Shown: positions 1-9,098 of the stretch, one piece after another
How positions within the stretch are numbered: the first letter of the stretch is position 1
How the letters are laid out: each line of letters begins with the position of its first letter
Source of the DNA: Vampirovibrio sp.
GTDB lineage: Bacteria; Cyanobacteriota; Vampirovibrionia; Vampirovibrionales; Vampirovibrionaceae
Assembly: GCA_019634025.1 (NCBI GenBank)
Contig: JAHQWC010000029.1
Location: forward strand, 1-52,336
Direction of reading: 5' to 3'
DNA: 52,336 nucleotides
Notes under the pieces: generated by a model
What the model was told of the DNA's origin: nothing
Database searches by the model: none
The model's input: only the letters and a program-made list of their open reading frames with translations
Translations under genes and position numbers: made by a program

Positions 1-143
1 AATTGAATCTTATATATTGGTATACCATAAATGATGCTCTAATCAGAAGCTTGTTCCACCCTTTTTACACAGCTGTTGCCATCCTCACCTTAAAAACCCT
101 TCGTGCTAGAATGCATAGCATTGTCAGCAGGCTTCATTCACTG

Positions 144-188
144 ATTTAAGTTCCTGCGATTTAAGTTCCTACAATTTAAGTCCCTGCT
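144..188 (+). repeat. Three tandem 15-bp direct repeats just upstream of the first CDS (possible operator or iteron-like site)
   Basis: Read directly: ATTTAAGTTCCTGCG / ATTTAAGTTCCTACA / ATTTAAGTCCCTGCT at 144-158, 159-173 and 174-188. The array ends 28 nt before the ATG at 216. Confidence 0.85.
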
Positions 189-215
189 CCATGCAAAGTT
201 TAGAGGCCCGACGAT

Positions 216-869
216 ATGTTTCAAAGTTTGTATAAACGCCACGGCCAGTACAGCGCCAAAGACCACCTGGCAGACACCGGCCCCAACAGTAAATTTTTGG
301 ATTGGCCGGCCAGTTATGAAGCCGGTATTTGTACCGAAGGCCTTGGGAACTGGGAACTTGAAATTACCGGCATGGTAGAAACCCCCAAAACCCTGGATTT
401 AGCTGCACTGCAACGACTGTCTAAAACCACTCAGAATCGCCGGCTTGTTTCTATTGAAGGGTGGAGTTACCGGGGCGAATGGAGCGGCATTTTGTTTCCG
501 CACCTGTTGCAAGGTCTGGAATTAAAACCCGGCGTGAAATTTGTCCGCCAGGTGAATTTGGCCGGCCAAACGGAGACCATGCCTTTTTCCGTTTTACAGG
601 AAAACCGGGCCATGCTTTGTTATGCCCTGAAAGGCCAAGCCTTACCTCCTTTATACGGCGGCCCGTTACGCCTTTTGGCATTTGACCGCTATAGCTACAA
701 AGGCCTTAGCCAACTAAGCCGCCTGGAATTTACAGATGAAGATTCCCCCGGGCTCTCTAAAGAACGAGGTTTGCCTGTTGACGGTCAAATCCGCCCCGGC
801 AAATACTATGCATTTGACTTGCGGGATGAGCGCCCTATTAAGACCCCTGGCGAAGTCACCGGCTATTAG
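216..869 (+). CDS. Molybdopterin-dependent oxidoreductase domain protein (sulfite oxidase / YedY-MsrP-like Moco-binding fold, short form)
   Basis: 217-aa ORF. Segments 'RRLVSIEGWSYRGEWSGILF', 'AMLCYALKGQALPPLYGGPLRLL' and 'YSYKGLSQLSRLEF' resemble the Oxidored_molyb domain. No obvious signal peptide. Confidence 0.6.
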   Translation: MFQSLYKRHGQYSAKDHLADTGPNSKFLDWPASYEAGICTEGLGNWELEITGMVETPKTLDLAALQRLSKTTQNRRLVSIEGWSYRGEWSGILFPHLLQGLELKPGVKFVRQVNLAGQTETMPFSVLQENRAMLCYALKGQALPPLYGGPLRLLAFDRYSYKGLSQLSRLEFTDEDSPGLSKERGLPVDGQIRPGKYYAFDLRDERPIKTPGEVTGY

Positions 870-919
870 TACGCCTGCTTACCCACCCTCATCTTACAAG
901 CCAGTATTTAACACTTTCC

Positions 920-1585
920 TCAAGAGACCAGCTTAATCAACTCCTGGAAGTTTTGGGCATCCATTTCTTGTCGAATAGTTTCCAGATTCTCGGGCGTTAA
1001 GCTGTAATAGCCCACCAGATGTTTGGTATCCGGGAACCGGAGGTTCTCTGGAAACACCAGGCCAAACCGCTCATAAATCCCCTTTAACCGATGATCTGAC
1101 ATGTAAAAGAAAATATGGTCATAGTTTTTCTCAATGGCCTCGGTGGCCACAAACAAAAACATACACCGCAGGCTGGTCAAACTGCGGTAGGCGTCTAAAA
1201 TACTAAGGGAGTGGCAAATCCCCAGCTTGCCTTGCAACTCTGACGCCAGATTCTGCTCACGAATGACCCCCAGCAGGGTGACCCCTTTTTTATGCTCTTT
1301 TAATTCCCGGAAGCCATAGAGTCCCACTGGCGTATAGACATCGCCGTCCAACATCCCCACGGTGTGCATTTGGGGATCCGTCAGATTGGACAACCAATGA
1401 TCGATGTTTTCCCGAAGCTCTTTTTGGGTGCTTTCCCAGGCCTCTTCTTTCGGCAAGCCCAACACATCCATCCGGTATTTTAAATACCCTTGGGCAAAGC
1501 GTTCATCCGGATGATAGAGTTTCTCTATCAGTTGCTTCGCATCGGCTTCCGGTAATCGGTTTAAAGGCAGTTTGTACAGGAGCAT
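920..1585 (-). CDS. Hypothetical protein, possibly a GNAT-fold / N-acyltransferase-like protein (function uncertain)
   Basis: Clean 221-aa ORF with no competing frame, divergent from the PlsC-type acyltransferase gene. No motif I can name with certainty. Confidence 0.55.
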   Translation of the reverse strand: MLLYKLPLNRLPEADAKQLIEKLYHPDERFAQGYLKYRMDVLGLPKEEAWESTQKELRENIDHWLSNLTDPQMHTVGMLDGDVYTPVGLYGFRELKEHKKGVTLLGVIREQNLASELQGKLGICHSLSILDAYRSLTSLRCMFLFVATEAIEKNYDHIFFYMSDHRLKGIYERFGLVFPENLRFPDTKHLVGYYSLTPENLETIRQEMDAQNFQELIKLVS

Positions 1586-1847
1586 CGGAGATCGGTTGCC
1601 TTACTTTCTAACACCTGATTCTGCAAGAGTTACAATAAGAAGCCCTGTTCGCCTTTTTCGTTTTTTGAAATCAGAAAAAACAGGTACCATTAATATAACT
1701 CCGTCAACAACATACAACAAATCCAAGGGCGAAACCAACTCATACAGGCCTAGCAGGGCTAGGCAGAATCCCAGGCAGAACGACTGTGAACACGCTATTT
1801 AGATTGCCCAATATCTTATTCTCAACCCGTTTGGAGCATCGCCACAC

Positions 1848-3356
1848 TTGAATCCAAACCTTTTCTCCATGCCTTACGCGGTATGGCTGGCGCTGCTCTC
1901 ATTTTGGCCTCGTTCGGATCCCTTTCGATTTTGGCCCGCCAAGCTCAAGCCGTGGTGCTTTCCATACTATCATTGGCTAAACCACCGACATCTGTATGAC
2001 AAGTTCCACCTGAAGCCGGTTCAATTTCCTGAGCACGGCATTGAACAGATAAAGGCCTTGGCAAAACCTGGGAACCATACGCTGTTGGTAAGTAACCACG
2101 TTGGGTATATGGATCCCCATATTTACGTGGAGCTGATGTTTCGCCACCAGTTTCAATTTAAATGGATGGCCGGTATTGAACCCTTTGAAAAAGGCGGCGG
2201 CCTCCACGGCTGGCATATTCAAGGCAGCGGCACCTTTTCGTTGGATCGGGGCGTATTGGATCGCCGTTCGCTACAATACGCTCAGCAGGTCATGGATGAC
2301 GGCCACTATCCTTTGTTTATCTTTCCTGAAGGCGAAGCGGATTACACCTCTGATGTGCTGCGCCCCTTTAGCGAAGGCGCCACACGCTTTGCCTTAAAAA
2401 CGGCGGAGAAGTATAAAGAATCCAGCGAGCCGGTTCATATTGTGCCTCTTGGGGTTCAATACCGGTTTCCTCACGATGCACTGCCGCTACTCCAAGAGAC
2501 ACTGCAAACTTTGCTCCAGGAAGTTTCTGAATCACGGCAAGAACCCAATGCACATGATCTTCACTCGGTACAGTCTGTTTGGGCGGGGGTGCAGACACTT
2601 GCCCAAGCCGATCTGCGGTTTATGGAGTCTCAGTACCCCAGCTATACAGCCAGTGAAAACGGTTCGCTGGAAGAACGCTTGTTTGCCTTAAGAAACCATC
2701 TATTCCAAACCCTCTGCCAAGAACACGACCCAACGCTTCAATCGGCGGATATTAACACCGAGGATTTATACAAAACCAAAAACCGTCTCCGAAGCCTGAT
2801 TGCCAAAAAGCTGTATAGCGCCCGGCCTGCCAAGATTCAGCAAACCCAACTGTTTTTGGAAGATATAAAAGGCAAAGGGGTTGTCCTGCCAAACTGGATG
2901 ATGAACAAGCTGGAAGATTACTGGATTGGGATTGCATATCCTGATGAACCGTTTGAAAAACGATTAAAGCGCTTAAGCGATCATCTGAATACACAACTCC
3001 CCTATTCCTTGGCAGGCGCCCAGGCAGATGCAGAGACACGAACACGCTGGCAGCAACAGTTGAACGATTGCCGCCGGATGAAGCTGTTGACACTGCTGGC
3101 TGAAGATTTGAGCCGGTATGCATCACAAGAACCCAGCCTGGAAGCCCTAGATGACGTGATGGTCAAGCTTGAGATACTTTTGTTTAGCCGATTTGCCTAT
3201 CGCCGGAATAAAACTGCCACGGTACACGTGGGAGAGCCCATTGATGTAAAAGCGTTCGTCGCGGCTCACGAATCCAGCACCAAGAAAGAACAGCTCCTGA
3301 AACTAACGCAGACTGTTCAGCAGGCGGTTAGCCAGTTAAGTGATTCTAAACTTTGA
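1848..3356 (+). CDS. PlsC-family (lysophospholipid/glycerol-phosphate) acyltransferase with a C-terminal extension of about 300 aa
   Basis: HX4D motif 'SNHVGYMDPH' and 'FIFPEGE' block in the N-terminal third. The rest is an alpha-helical extension. TTG start at 1848 (GGAG 11 nt upstream); alternative ATG at 1869. Confidence 0.75.
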   Translation: MNPNLFSMPYAVWLALLSFWPRSDPFRFWPAKLKPWCFPYYHWLNHRHLYDKFHLKPVQFPEHGIEQIKALAKPGNHTLLVSNHVGYMDPHIYVELMFRHQFQFKWMAGIEPFEKGGGLHGWHIQGSGTFSLDRGVLDRRSLQYAQQVMDDGHYPLFIFPEGEADYTSDVLRPFSEGATRFALKTAEKYKESSEPVHIVPLGVQYRFPHDALPLLQETLQTLLQEVSESRQEPNAHDLHSVQSVWAGVQTLAQADLRFMESQYPSYTASENGSLEERLFALRNHLFQTLCQEHDPTLQSADINTEDLYKTKNRLRSLIAKKLYSARPAKIQQTQLFLEDIKGKGVVLPNWMMNKLEDYWIGIAYPDEPFEKRLKRLSDHLNTQLPYSLAGAQADAETRTRWQQQLNDCRRMKLLTLLAEDLSRYASQEPSLEALDDVMVKLEILLFSRFAYRRNKTATVHVGEPIDVKAFVAAHESSTKKEQLLKLTQTVQQAVSQLSDSKL

Positions 3357-4515
3357 TCTCGGCAGCCTGTAAGGCTTTTGTTAGTGTATGCACCACCTGT
3401 TGCTGTTGAGCATCCGTCAAATCGTAGTATAGCGGTAAGGAAAGCGCTTGCTGGTAATACTGCTCTGAATAAGGAAAATCCCCCGGCTTGAATCCAAGGT
3501 CTTGATAATACGGTTGGGTATGCACCGGAATGTAATGGACGTGAACCCCAACCTCTTGGGCGCGCATGGCGTCAAATACCTGACGGCGAATTGCTTTATC
3601 CAGTTGAATGACATAGAGGTGAAATGATGAAGCGGTATCGGGGTGCTGCCATGGTGTTTTGAGCGGCAGATCTTTTAACAACGCATCATACTGACTCGCC
3701 AGCACGCGACGTCTGTCTACAAATTCATCCAGGCGCTTCATCTGGCTTACCCCCAAGGCAGCCTGAATGTCTGTCATCCGGTAATTAAAACCCAGTTCTT
3801 GTTGCTCGTAATACCAGGCGCCTTCTTGTGCATTTTGAAGCAGCGCCTTATCTCGGGTGACCCCATGACTACGCAAACGGCAAAGTTTTTCGTACAGATC
3901 TTTTCGGTTCGTCAGCACCATGCCGCCTTCTCCGGTGGTGATGATTTTGACGGGATGGAAGCTGAACACCGTCATATCAGAATACTGGCAGCCCCCGATT
4001 TTATGACCTTGATAGTCTCCGCCTATTGCATGGGCGGCATCTTCCAGCACGGTAATGCCATATTGCTTGGCCAGTGTTGAAATTGCCTGCATCTCACACG
4101 ATTGGCCACTAAAGTGGACGGGGACGATTATTTTGGGCAGGGTGCCTGATTTTTGGGCCTGGATCAGTTTTTCTTCCAGCGCCGAGACGCTCATATTGTA
4201 GGTTTTTGGATCAATATCTACAAAATCCACTGTGGCGCCACAATAAAGACCACAGTTGGCAGACGCCACGAAGGTGTTGGGACTCGTCCACAACCGATCT
4301 CCCGGCCCCATATCAGCTACCAAACAAGCTATGTGAAGCGCTGCCGTGGCATTGGACATAGCCACTGCGTACCGGGCGCCACAGTATTGGGCGACGGTTT
4401 GTTCAAAAGCCTGAATCGTCGGCCCCTGGGTAATATAGTCGCTTTGCAGTACGTCTACCACCGCCTGAATGTCTTCAGGCGTAATGTGTTGGCGACCGTA
4501 TGGAATATAGGACAT
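3346..4515 (-). CDS. pseC: UDP-4-amino-4,6-dideoxy-N-acetyl-beta-L-altrosamine transaminase (DegT/DnrJ/EryC1 family, PseC-like)
   Basis: N-terminus 'IPYGRQHITPEDIQAVVDVLQSDYITQGPTIQAFE' and 'FSFHPVKIITTGEGGMV' (PLP-Lys region) are typical of PseC-type aminotransferases. Clustered with pseI and pseG. Confidence 0.85.
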   Translation of the reverse strand: MSYIPYGRQHITPEDIQAVVDVLQSDYITQGPTIQAFEQTVAQYCGARYAVAMSNATAALHIACLVADMGPGDRLWTSPNTFVASANCGLYCGATVDFVDIDPKTYNMSVSALEEKLIQAQKSGTLPKIIVPVHFSGQSCEMQAISTLAKQYGITVLEDAAHAIGGDYQGHKIGGCQYSDMTVFSFHPVKIITTGEGGMVLTNRKDLYEKLCRLRSHGVTRDKALLQNAQEGAWYYEQQELGFNYRMTDIQAALGVSQMKRLDEFVDRRRVLASQYDALLKDLPLKTPWQHPDTASSFHLYVIQLDKAIRRQVFDAMRAQEVGVHVHYIPVHTQPYYQDLGFKPGDFPYSEQYYQQALSLPLYYDLTDAQQQQVVHTLTKALQAAEIKV

Positions 4516-4645
4516 CTACAAAACTTTCTGGCGCGAAGGAAGGGACAAAGGCGTATACTTTTTACTTTCCTCTACGATTATACGTAAATCCGCTTTGATT
4601 ATAATCATGGGAACGTTTCCTTGTGATAAATGGCTTGTTTAAACC

Positions 4646-5803
4646 ATGACCACCCCACCCCCTGCATTCACCGAATCAGCGCCTAAAATTTTACTGTTCG
4701 CCCATGATCCCGGCGGGGCCAATACTATCATTCCACTGGTCCAGCCTCTTCAGGAAGCAGGCTATATACCGATGCTTTACGGGAAGCGTTTTGCCCTGGA
4801 AAAGTACCGGCAAGCCGAGCTAGAGGGGGTTACGCTGGAGGCAGACACCGAGGAAGACCTAACGATATTCCTAAAAGAACACCAGCCACATCTTCTCATC
4901 ACCGGCACCAGCGCCAATGACATGACGGAAAAATATCTCTGGCAGGCAGCTCGTTCTCTGAACATTGCAAGTATGGCAGTGCTGGATCAATGGATGAATT
5001 ACGGGATAAGATTTTCAGCGCATGGCATGGACACGCTTCAACATTACCAGGAGAATCCACAACACCCCTACCTGCCGGATACTCTTTGCGTGATGGACGC
5101 CTTTGCCAAAGAGGAGATGACGGCAGCAGGATTGCCCAAAGCACGTATTGAGATTACCGGGCAACCTTACTTTCAGCATCTGCGCCAATCGGTTGCCAAC
5201 CTGAACCGAGAAGCCATTAGAGCCCGACTTGGGGTAACCCCTGAAGAGCGTTTACTTGTTTATGTATCTGAGCCTATTGAACTGTGTCAGGGCGCCTCGA
5301 CACCTTTGGGCTATACGGAAAAAACCATCTTCCAGGCATTATTAAACACACTGGCCCAACTGGATAACCAGCTTACCTCACCGGTGTGTCTACTCATCAA
5401 GGGGCATCCGAAAGAAAGCAGAGAGGCCTATCAGGAGTACATTAACGAAAACACGTTGAAACACATTCGGATTCAACTGGATGACGGGACAACGCCTTGG
5501 GAAGTTGTGGCGGCATCGGATCATTTGATTGGCATGAGCTCTATGCTGCTGATTGAAGCCGCGATTTGCGATAAACCCATAACCAGCATTCAGATTGGCC
5601 TAAGCCAACCGAACCCTCTGGTCCTTTGCCGACAAGGAATATTGCAGCCGATACTAGACGAGTCGACGCTTTTAGAACACTTAAACACTGTGCTGAATGG
5701 CGGAAAATCGGAATCGATTGATTTTCCCATCATCGAGAATCCCGTTGAAAGAATTTTGGCGCTTATCCAGACAAAAGTGAGCCGTTCTTTAACAGCAACC
5801 TAA
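4646..5803 (+). CDS. GT-B-fold protein of unknown specificity (putative glycosyltransferase associated with the nonulosonic-acid locus)
   Basis: 385-aa ORF. The N-terminal 'KILLFAHDPGGANTIIPLVQPL' Rossmann-like start and two-lobed layout resemble MurG/LpxB-like GT-B proteins. Sits between pseC and pseI. Confidence 0.5.
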   Translation: MTTPPPAFTESAPKILLFAHDPGGANTIIPLVQPLQEAGYIPMLYGKRFALEKYRQAELEGVTLEADTEEDLTIFLKEHQPHLLITGTSANDMTEKYLWQAARSLNIASMAVLDQWMNYGIRFSAHGMDTLQHYQENPQHPYLPDTLCVMDAFAKEEMTAAGLPKARIEITGQPYFQHLRQSVANLNREAIRARLGVTPEERLLVYVSEPIELCQGASTPLGYTEKTIFQALLNTLAQLDNQLTSPVCLLIKGHPKESREAYQEYINENTLKHIRIQLDDGTTPWEVVAASDHLIGMSSMLLIEAAICDKPITSIQIGLSQPNPLVLCRQGILQPILDESTLLEHLNTVLNGGKSESIDFPIIENPVERILALIQTKVSRSLTAT

Positions 5804-5842
5804 GTCTTGTTTGCGATAGAACTTACGCAGAGTGCACTCTGA

Positions 5843-6931
5843 CTATTCGATTAAGGCCCAGCTTGCCGGGGTGCCTTTGGGGACATCTTGGCGAACCCGC
5901 TTGCCCAGCAGGTGATCAAAATACTTGGGCGGTAAGCCTTTGCCAGGACGGATGGACCGAAGGTTTTTTTCGGTGATGGGTTCTCCTTTTTGGAGATCGT
6001 CTGAGATGTATAAAGAGCGACGGAATACCATACTGGAGGTTTCTCCAGGGGTACGCTCGTAACATACCCGGCCCATGGCTTGCCAGGCAGTTTTGGTTTC
6101 TTGGACCAATAGCGCCATTTCAGAAGGCTCTAGGGAAAACGCTGCATCTACCCCGCCTTCGGCTCGGGAGAGGGTAAAGTGTTTTTCAATTACCGTGCCG
6201 CCCAGCGCCACAGAAGCCACTGCGGCGCCCACCCCCAGGGTGTGATCTGATAGCCCGACCTGCACATCAAACATATCCCGCAAGTGGGGAATGGTTCTTA
6301 GATTGATGGTGTCTGGGGAAGCCGGGTAACTGCTGGTACATTTGAGGAGGACGAGATCCTTGCAACCCGCTTTTTTAGCCACATCCACCGTTTCGGCAAT
6401 TTCGGCCACACTGGCCATGCCGGTAGAAATAATGACCGGTTTGCCGGTGGCCACCACCTTGCGGATTAAGGCGTGGTCCGTGTTTTCAAACGAGGCGATT
6501 TTATAGAACGGCACATTTAAGTCTTCTAAAAAATCTACCGCCGTTAAATCAAAGGGCGTGCTAAAGACGGTTAAGCCCAGTTCTTTCCCCCGTTTCATCA
6601 ACGGTTCATGCCAGTCCCATGGGGTATGGGCTTTTTCGTACAGCTCGTAGAGGGAGTGACCCTTCCACAAGCTTTTTTCATCATCAATAAAAAACTCGTC
6701 CCGGCGTAGATCCAAGGTCATGGTTTCTGCGGTATAGGTTTGGAGTTTTAAGGCATGGGCGCCGGATCGGGCTGCTGCTTCTACAATTTCAAGGGCGCGA
6801 TCTAGCGATTGGTTATGATTCCCAGACATTTCGGCAATGATAAACGGTTCATGATCCGGGCCAATAGACCGGTTTTCAATCTGGATGCTTGTCGTTGCAG
6901 TCACTGGAGTCATTGCAGTCATAGAGCGCAT
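5843..6931 (-). CDS. pseI: Pseudaminic acid synthase (NeuB family)
   Basis: 'PFIIAEMSGNHNQSLDRALEIVEAAARSGAHALKLQTY', 'GLSDHTLG', and a C-terminal SAF/antifreeze-like domain 'IRPGKGLPPKY'. Same operon as pseG. Confidence 0.88.
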   Translation of the reverse strand: MRSMTAMTPVTATTSIQIENRSIGPDHEPFIIAEMSGNHNQSLDRALEIVEAAARSGAHALKLQTYTAETMTLDLRRDEFFIDDEKSLWKGHSLYELYEKAHTPWDWHEPLMKRGKELGLTVFSTPFDLTAVDFLEDLNVPFYKIASFENTDHALIRKVVATGKPVIISTGMASVAEIAETVDVAKKAGCKDLVLLKCTSSYPASPDTINLRTIPHLRDMFDVQVGLSDHTLGVGAAVASVALGGTVIEKHFTLSRAEGGVDAAFSLEPSEMALLVQETKTAWQAMGRVCYERTPGETSSMVFRRSLYISDDLQKGEPITEKNLRSIRPGKGLPPKYFDHLLGKRVRQDVPKGTPASWALIE

Positions 6932-6938
6932 TCCTTTC

Positions 6939-7550
6939 TTATTCGGATGCTGTGGCAGCCAGAGCTTTACCCATCAAGTCCTTCACCGGCGTTTGCCATC
7001 CTTGGGACAACAACGGCAGATAGGGCTCCTTATCTTTGAGCCGGTGAACCGATCCTCCTGCGATTTGTGGTGTGGGATGGATCTGTCCGGCAATTATATC
7101 CGGCCAAATTTCTTGAAACAAGGTTTCAATAGCATCTGCCAGTTTTTTATAGCTGGTTTCCAGGGTATCCTGCTCAAGATCCATGGGAACTTCTCGTTGC
7201 GCGAGAATGGATCCGGTGTCCAGGTCTGAATCTACCTGATGAATGGTGACGCCCTTGAGGGTGTTTTCTAAAAAACTCCACAGGTTGGGGTCTGAACCTC
7301 GGTTCCAGGGCAGATATGAGATGTGGAGATTGAGGATGCGATGGGGAAGCCGGTTGATGACAGGGGGACGGATAAGATGTCGATATCCGTAACTCACCAC
7401 AATGTCCGCATTGTTCAATACCGGATCGTCTTCTGATATTTTTTCTTCGGTTCTGACAAGGTTGTGGCCTTGGGTTTTTAGCCAGGCAAATAAGCCAGGG
7501 CGTTCGGGTCCCAGCCATAAAATTGTTGAAGCATTACTGAGAGGCTTCAT
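6939..7550 (-). CDS. Formyltransferase-family protein (Fmt/PurN N-terminal fold)
   Basis: 'NLHISYLPWNRGSDPNLWS' (the N-x-H-x-S-L-L-P-x-x-R-G type motif) and 'GVTIHQVDSDLDTGSILAQ'. Its start overlaps the pseG stop by 4 nt (ATGA), which implies translational coupling. Confidence 0.8.
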   Translation of the reverse strand: MKPLSNASTILWLGPERPGLFAWLKTQGHNLVRTEEKISEDDPVLNNADIVVSYGYRHLIRPPVINRLPHRILNLHISYLPWNRGSDPNLWSFLENTLKGVTIHQVDSDLDTGSILAQREVPMDLEQDTLETSYKKLADAIETLFQEIWPDIIAGQIHPTPQIAGGSVHRLKDKEPYLPLLSQGWQTPVKDLMGKALAATASE

Positions 7551-8620
7551 ACCGTCAGCCCCTCTTTATGGTTGCTCTGCTCAATCTCTCTCATGACCTG
7601 AATGACCCGGCTGCACCCCTGCCCGTCAACCAAGGCACTGGCCGCGTTTGACATGGTGATTAAAGCGGACGGATCGTTCATATAGGTCATCACCGCCGCC
7701 TGAATATCGTGGGCTGAGGTTTGATGGGCCACACCGAGATAGTGTGCCGCACCCACGTGATGCAGAGACTGACAGATCTCTGTCTGGTTGTCAGCCAGGC
7801 TGAGGATAACGCTGGGCAAACCCAGACAACACCGCTCCCAGCTTGTGGTGCCGCCGGCGCCGATAAACAAATGGGCTGTCGCCATTTTTTGGGCCATATT
7901 GTCCACATAGTCGTAACAGTGGATATTGGCGTACTGGGTGGCCATAGCATTGATCTCTTGGGCGCGGGGGTTAGTGAGGCCCACAATGGTCTCTAGGGTA
8001 ATGCCTTCGGCCGTTAAAGGGCCTACTGCTTGAATAGCCTTCAGGGATTCTCCGGTGGGGTCGCTGCCGCCAAAAGACATAAGGAGATGAGAGGGTGGTG
8101 CAGATTTTTGCGGCAGGGGTTTTCGATAGGAGGCAAACACCGGGCGCAGCAGTGCATACTGCGGCCCGCATAAAACCTGACAGGTATCCGGCACCCATCC
8201 CTGATACGCAGCCGGGCCTTTTTCCATCAGATTTTGGTTCAGCATTACATCGACTTCGTGAGATCGATTTGCCAGATCGTCAATGGCCATAAGATTTTGT
8301 GTGGCAGCTTTCACAACGCTTTCCCATGTTGCATCCAACGCGTAATGATCCACCACCACCCAGTCTACAGACTGGTCTTTTAAGAAAGCCTGCGTGAGGT
8401 CTGCATCTGTCTGCAGGTTAATATCTGGCGGCAGTGGGTGAACCGGCATCTGTTTTTCATCTTGAAGCCACTGGATCAGGTTTCCCGGCAGTTGTCGGCA
8501 AATAAATTGAACGTGATGGCCTTGCTGTTGTAGTGCCTGCGCCAAAGTCAGACACCGCATGATATGACCGGTGCCGATTTCTACAGAAGCGTCTGCACGA
8601 AAGATGATTTGGTTTGGCAT
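7547..8620 (-). CDS. pseG: UDP-2,4-diacetamido-2,4,6-trideoxy-beta-L-altropyranose hydrolase (PseG, GT-B fold)
   Basis: 'IIFRADASVEIGTGHIMRCLTLAQAL' is the classic PseG N-terminus. I place the start at the internal ATG (8620, 'MPNQIIF'). The ORF track extends to 8752, but the extra 44 aa look non-native. Confidence 0.82.
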   Translation of the reverse strand: MPNQIIFRADASVEIGTGHIMRCLTLAQALQQQGHHVQFICRQLPGNLIQWLQDEKQMPVHPLPPDINLQTDADLTQAFLKDQSVDWVVVDHYALDATWESVVKAATQNLMAIDDLANRSHEVDVMLNQNLMEKGPAAYQGWVPDTCQVLCGPQYALLRPVFASYRKPLPQKSAPPSHLLMSFGGSDPTGESLKAIQAVGPLTAEGITLETIVGLTNPRAQEINAMATQYANIHCYDYVDNMAQKMATAHLFIGAGGTTSWERCCLGLPSVILSLADNQTEICQSLHHVGAAHYLGVAHQTSAHDIQAAVMTYMNDPSALITMSNAASALVDGQGCSRVIQVMREIEQSNHKEGLTV

Positions 8621-8785
8621 GAGACCTAAACGCTCTTTTAAGTTCCAGAACAACGGCATCATAGGAAAAGCAGCCAGAGTCTTCAATAAGCTGCTCAAGA
8701 ATCTCGCACAGTCAAGAATCGTTACATGATGCGCTGTCACTGAACAAGACAAGTATAATATTTTTACTAAGATTTGGATATATTA

Positions 8786-9058
8786 ATGAATATTGCTTCC
8801 ATACCTCAAGTTCCGCAACGTATTGCACTCGTTGGATCTCCCAATTCAAGGAGATCATATAACCCGGCCAATTCTAGACAGCAGACAGTTCCGGTACGAT
8901 CTGGCGCAGCTTGTGAGGCGGCAGTGGGTCTCCTGAGTTGGGCCGGTTTAATTGCCCTTGGGGTGGTTGCCTATTGTTTTATCAAACAGTATCCAGCGCC
9001 GTCTTCGCTCAATGCAGATCAACAAAGACGATTGAAAGAAATTATGAAAGATAAATAG
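8786..9058 (+). CDS. Small hypothetical single-pass membrane protein
   Basis: ATG at 8786 (ORF opens at TTG 8774). One hydrophobic helix, 'GLLSWAGLIALGVVAYCFI'. No recognisable family. Confidence 0.35.
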   Translation: MNIASIPQVPQRIALVGSPNSRRSYNPANSRQQTVPVRSGAACEAAVGLLSWAGLIALGVVAYCFIKQYPAPSSLNADQQRRLKEIMKDK

Positions 9059-9098
9059 GCAGATGGGCGTGTAGGTTTGAGGGTGAGAGAATGGGGGA

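Noticed and set aside
1572-1802. 76-aa ORF in the divergent intergenic region between 920..1585 and the PlsC gene
   Set aside because: There is no SD. The composition is basic and low-complexity, and it overlaps the start of the minus-strand gene. It is most likely promoter/UTR DNA.
8621-8752. N-terminal 44-aa extension of the PseG ORF; similarly 21680-21832 for the TPS gene and 11942-12148 for the small secreted protein
   Set aside because: The extensions lack family-typical sequence. In each case an internal ATG gives the canonical N-terminus (the PseG Rossmann start, or signal peptides) with a better ribosome-binding context.
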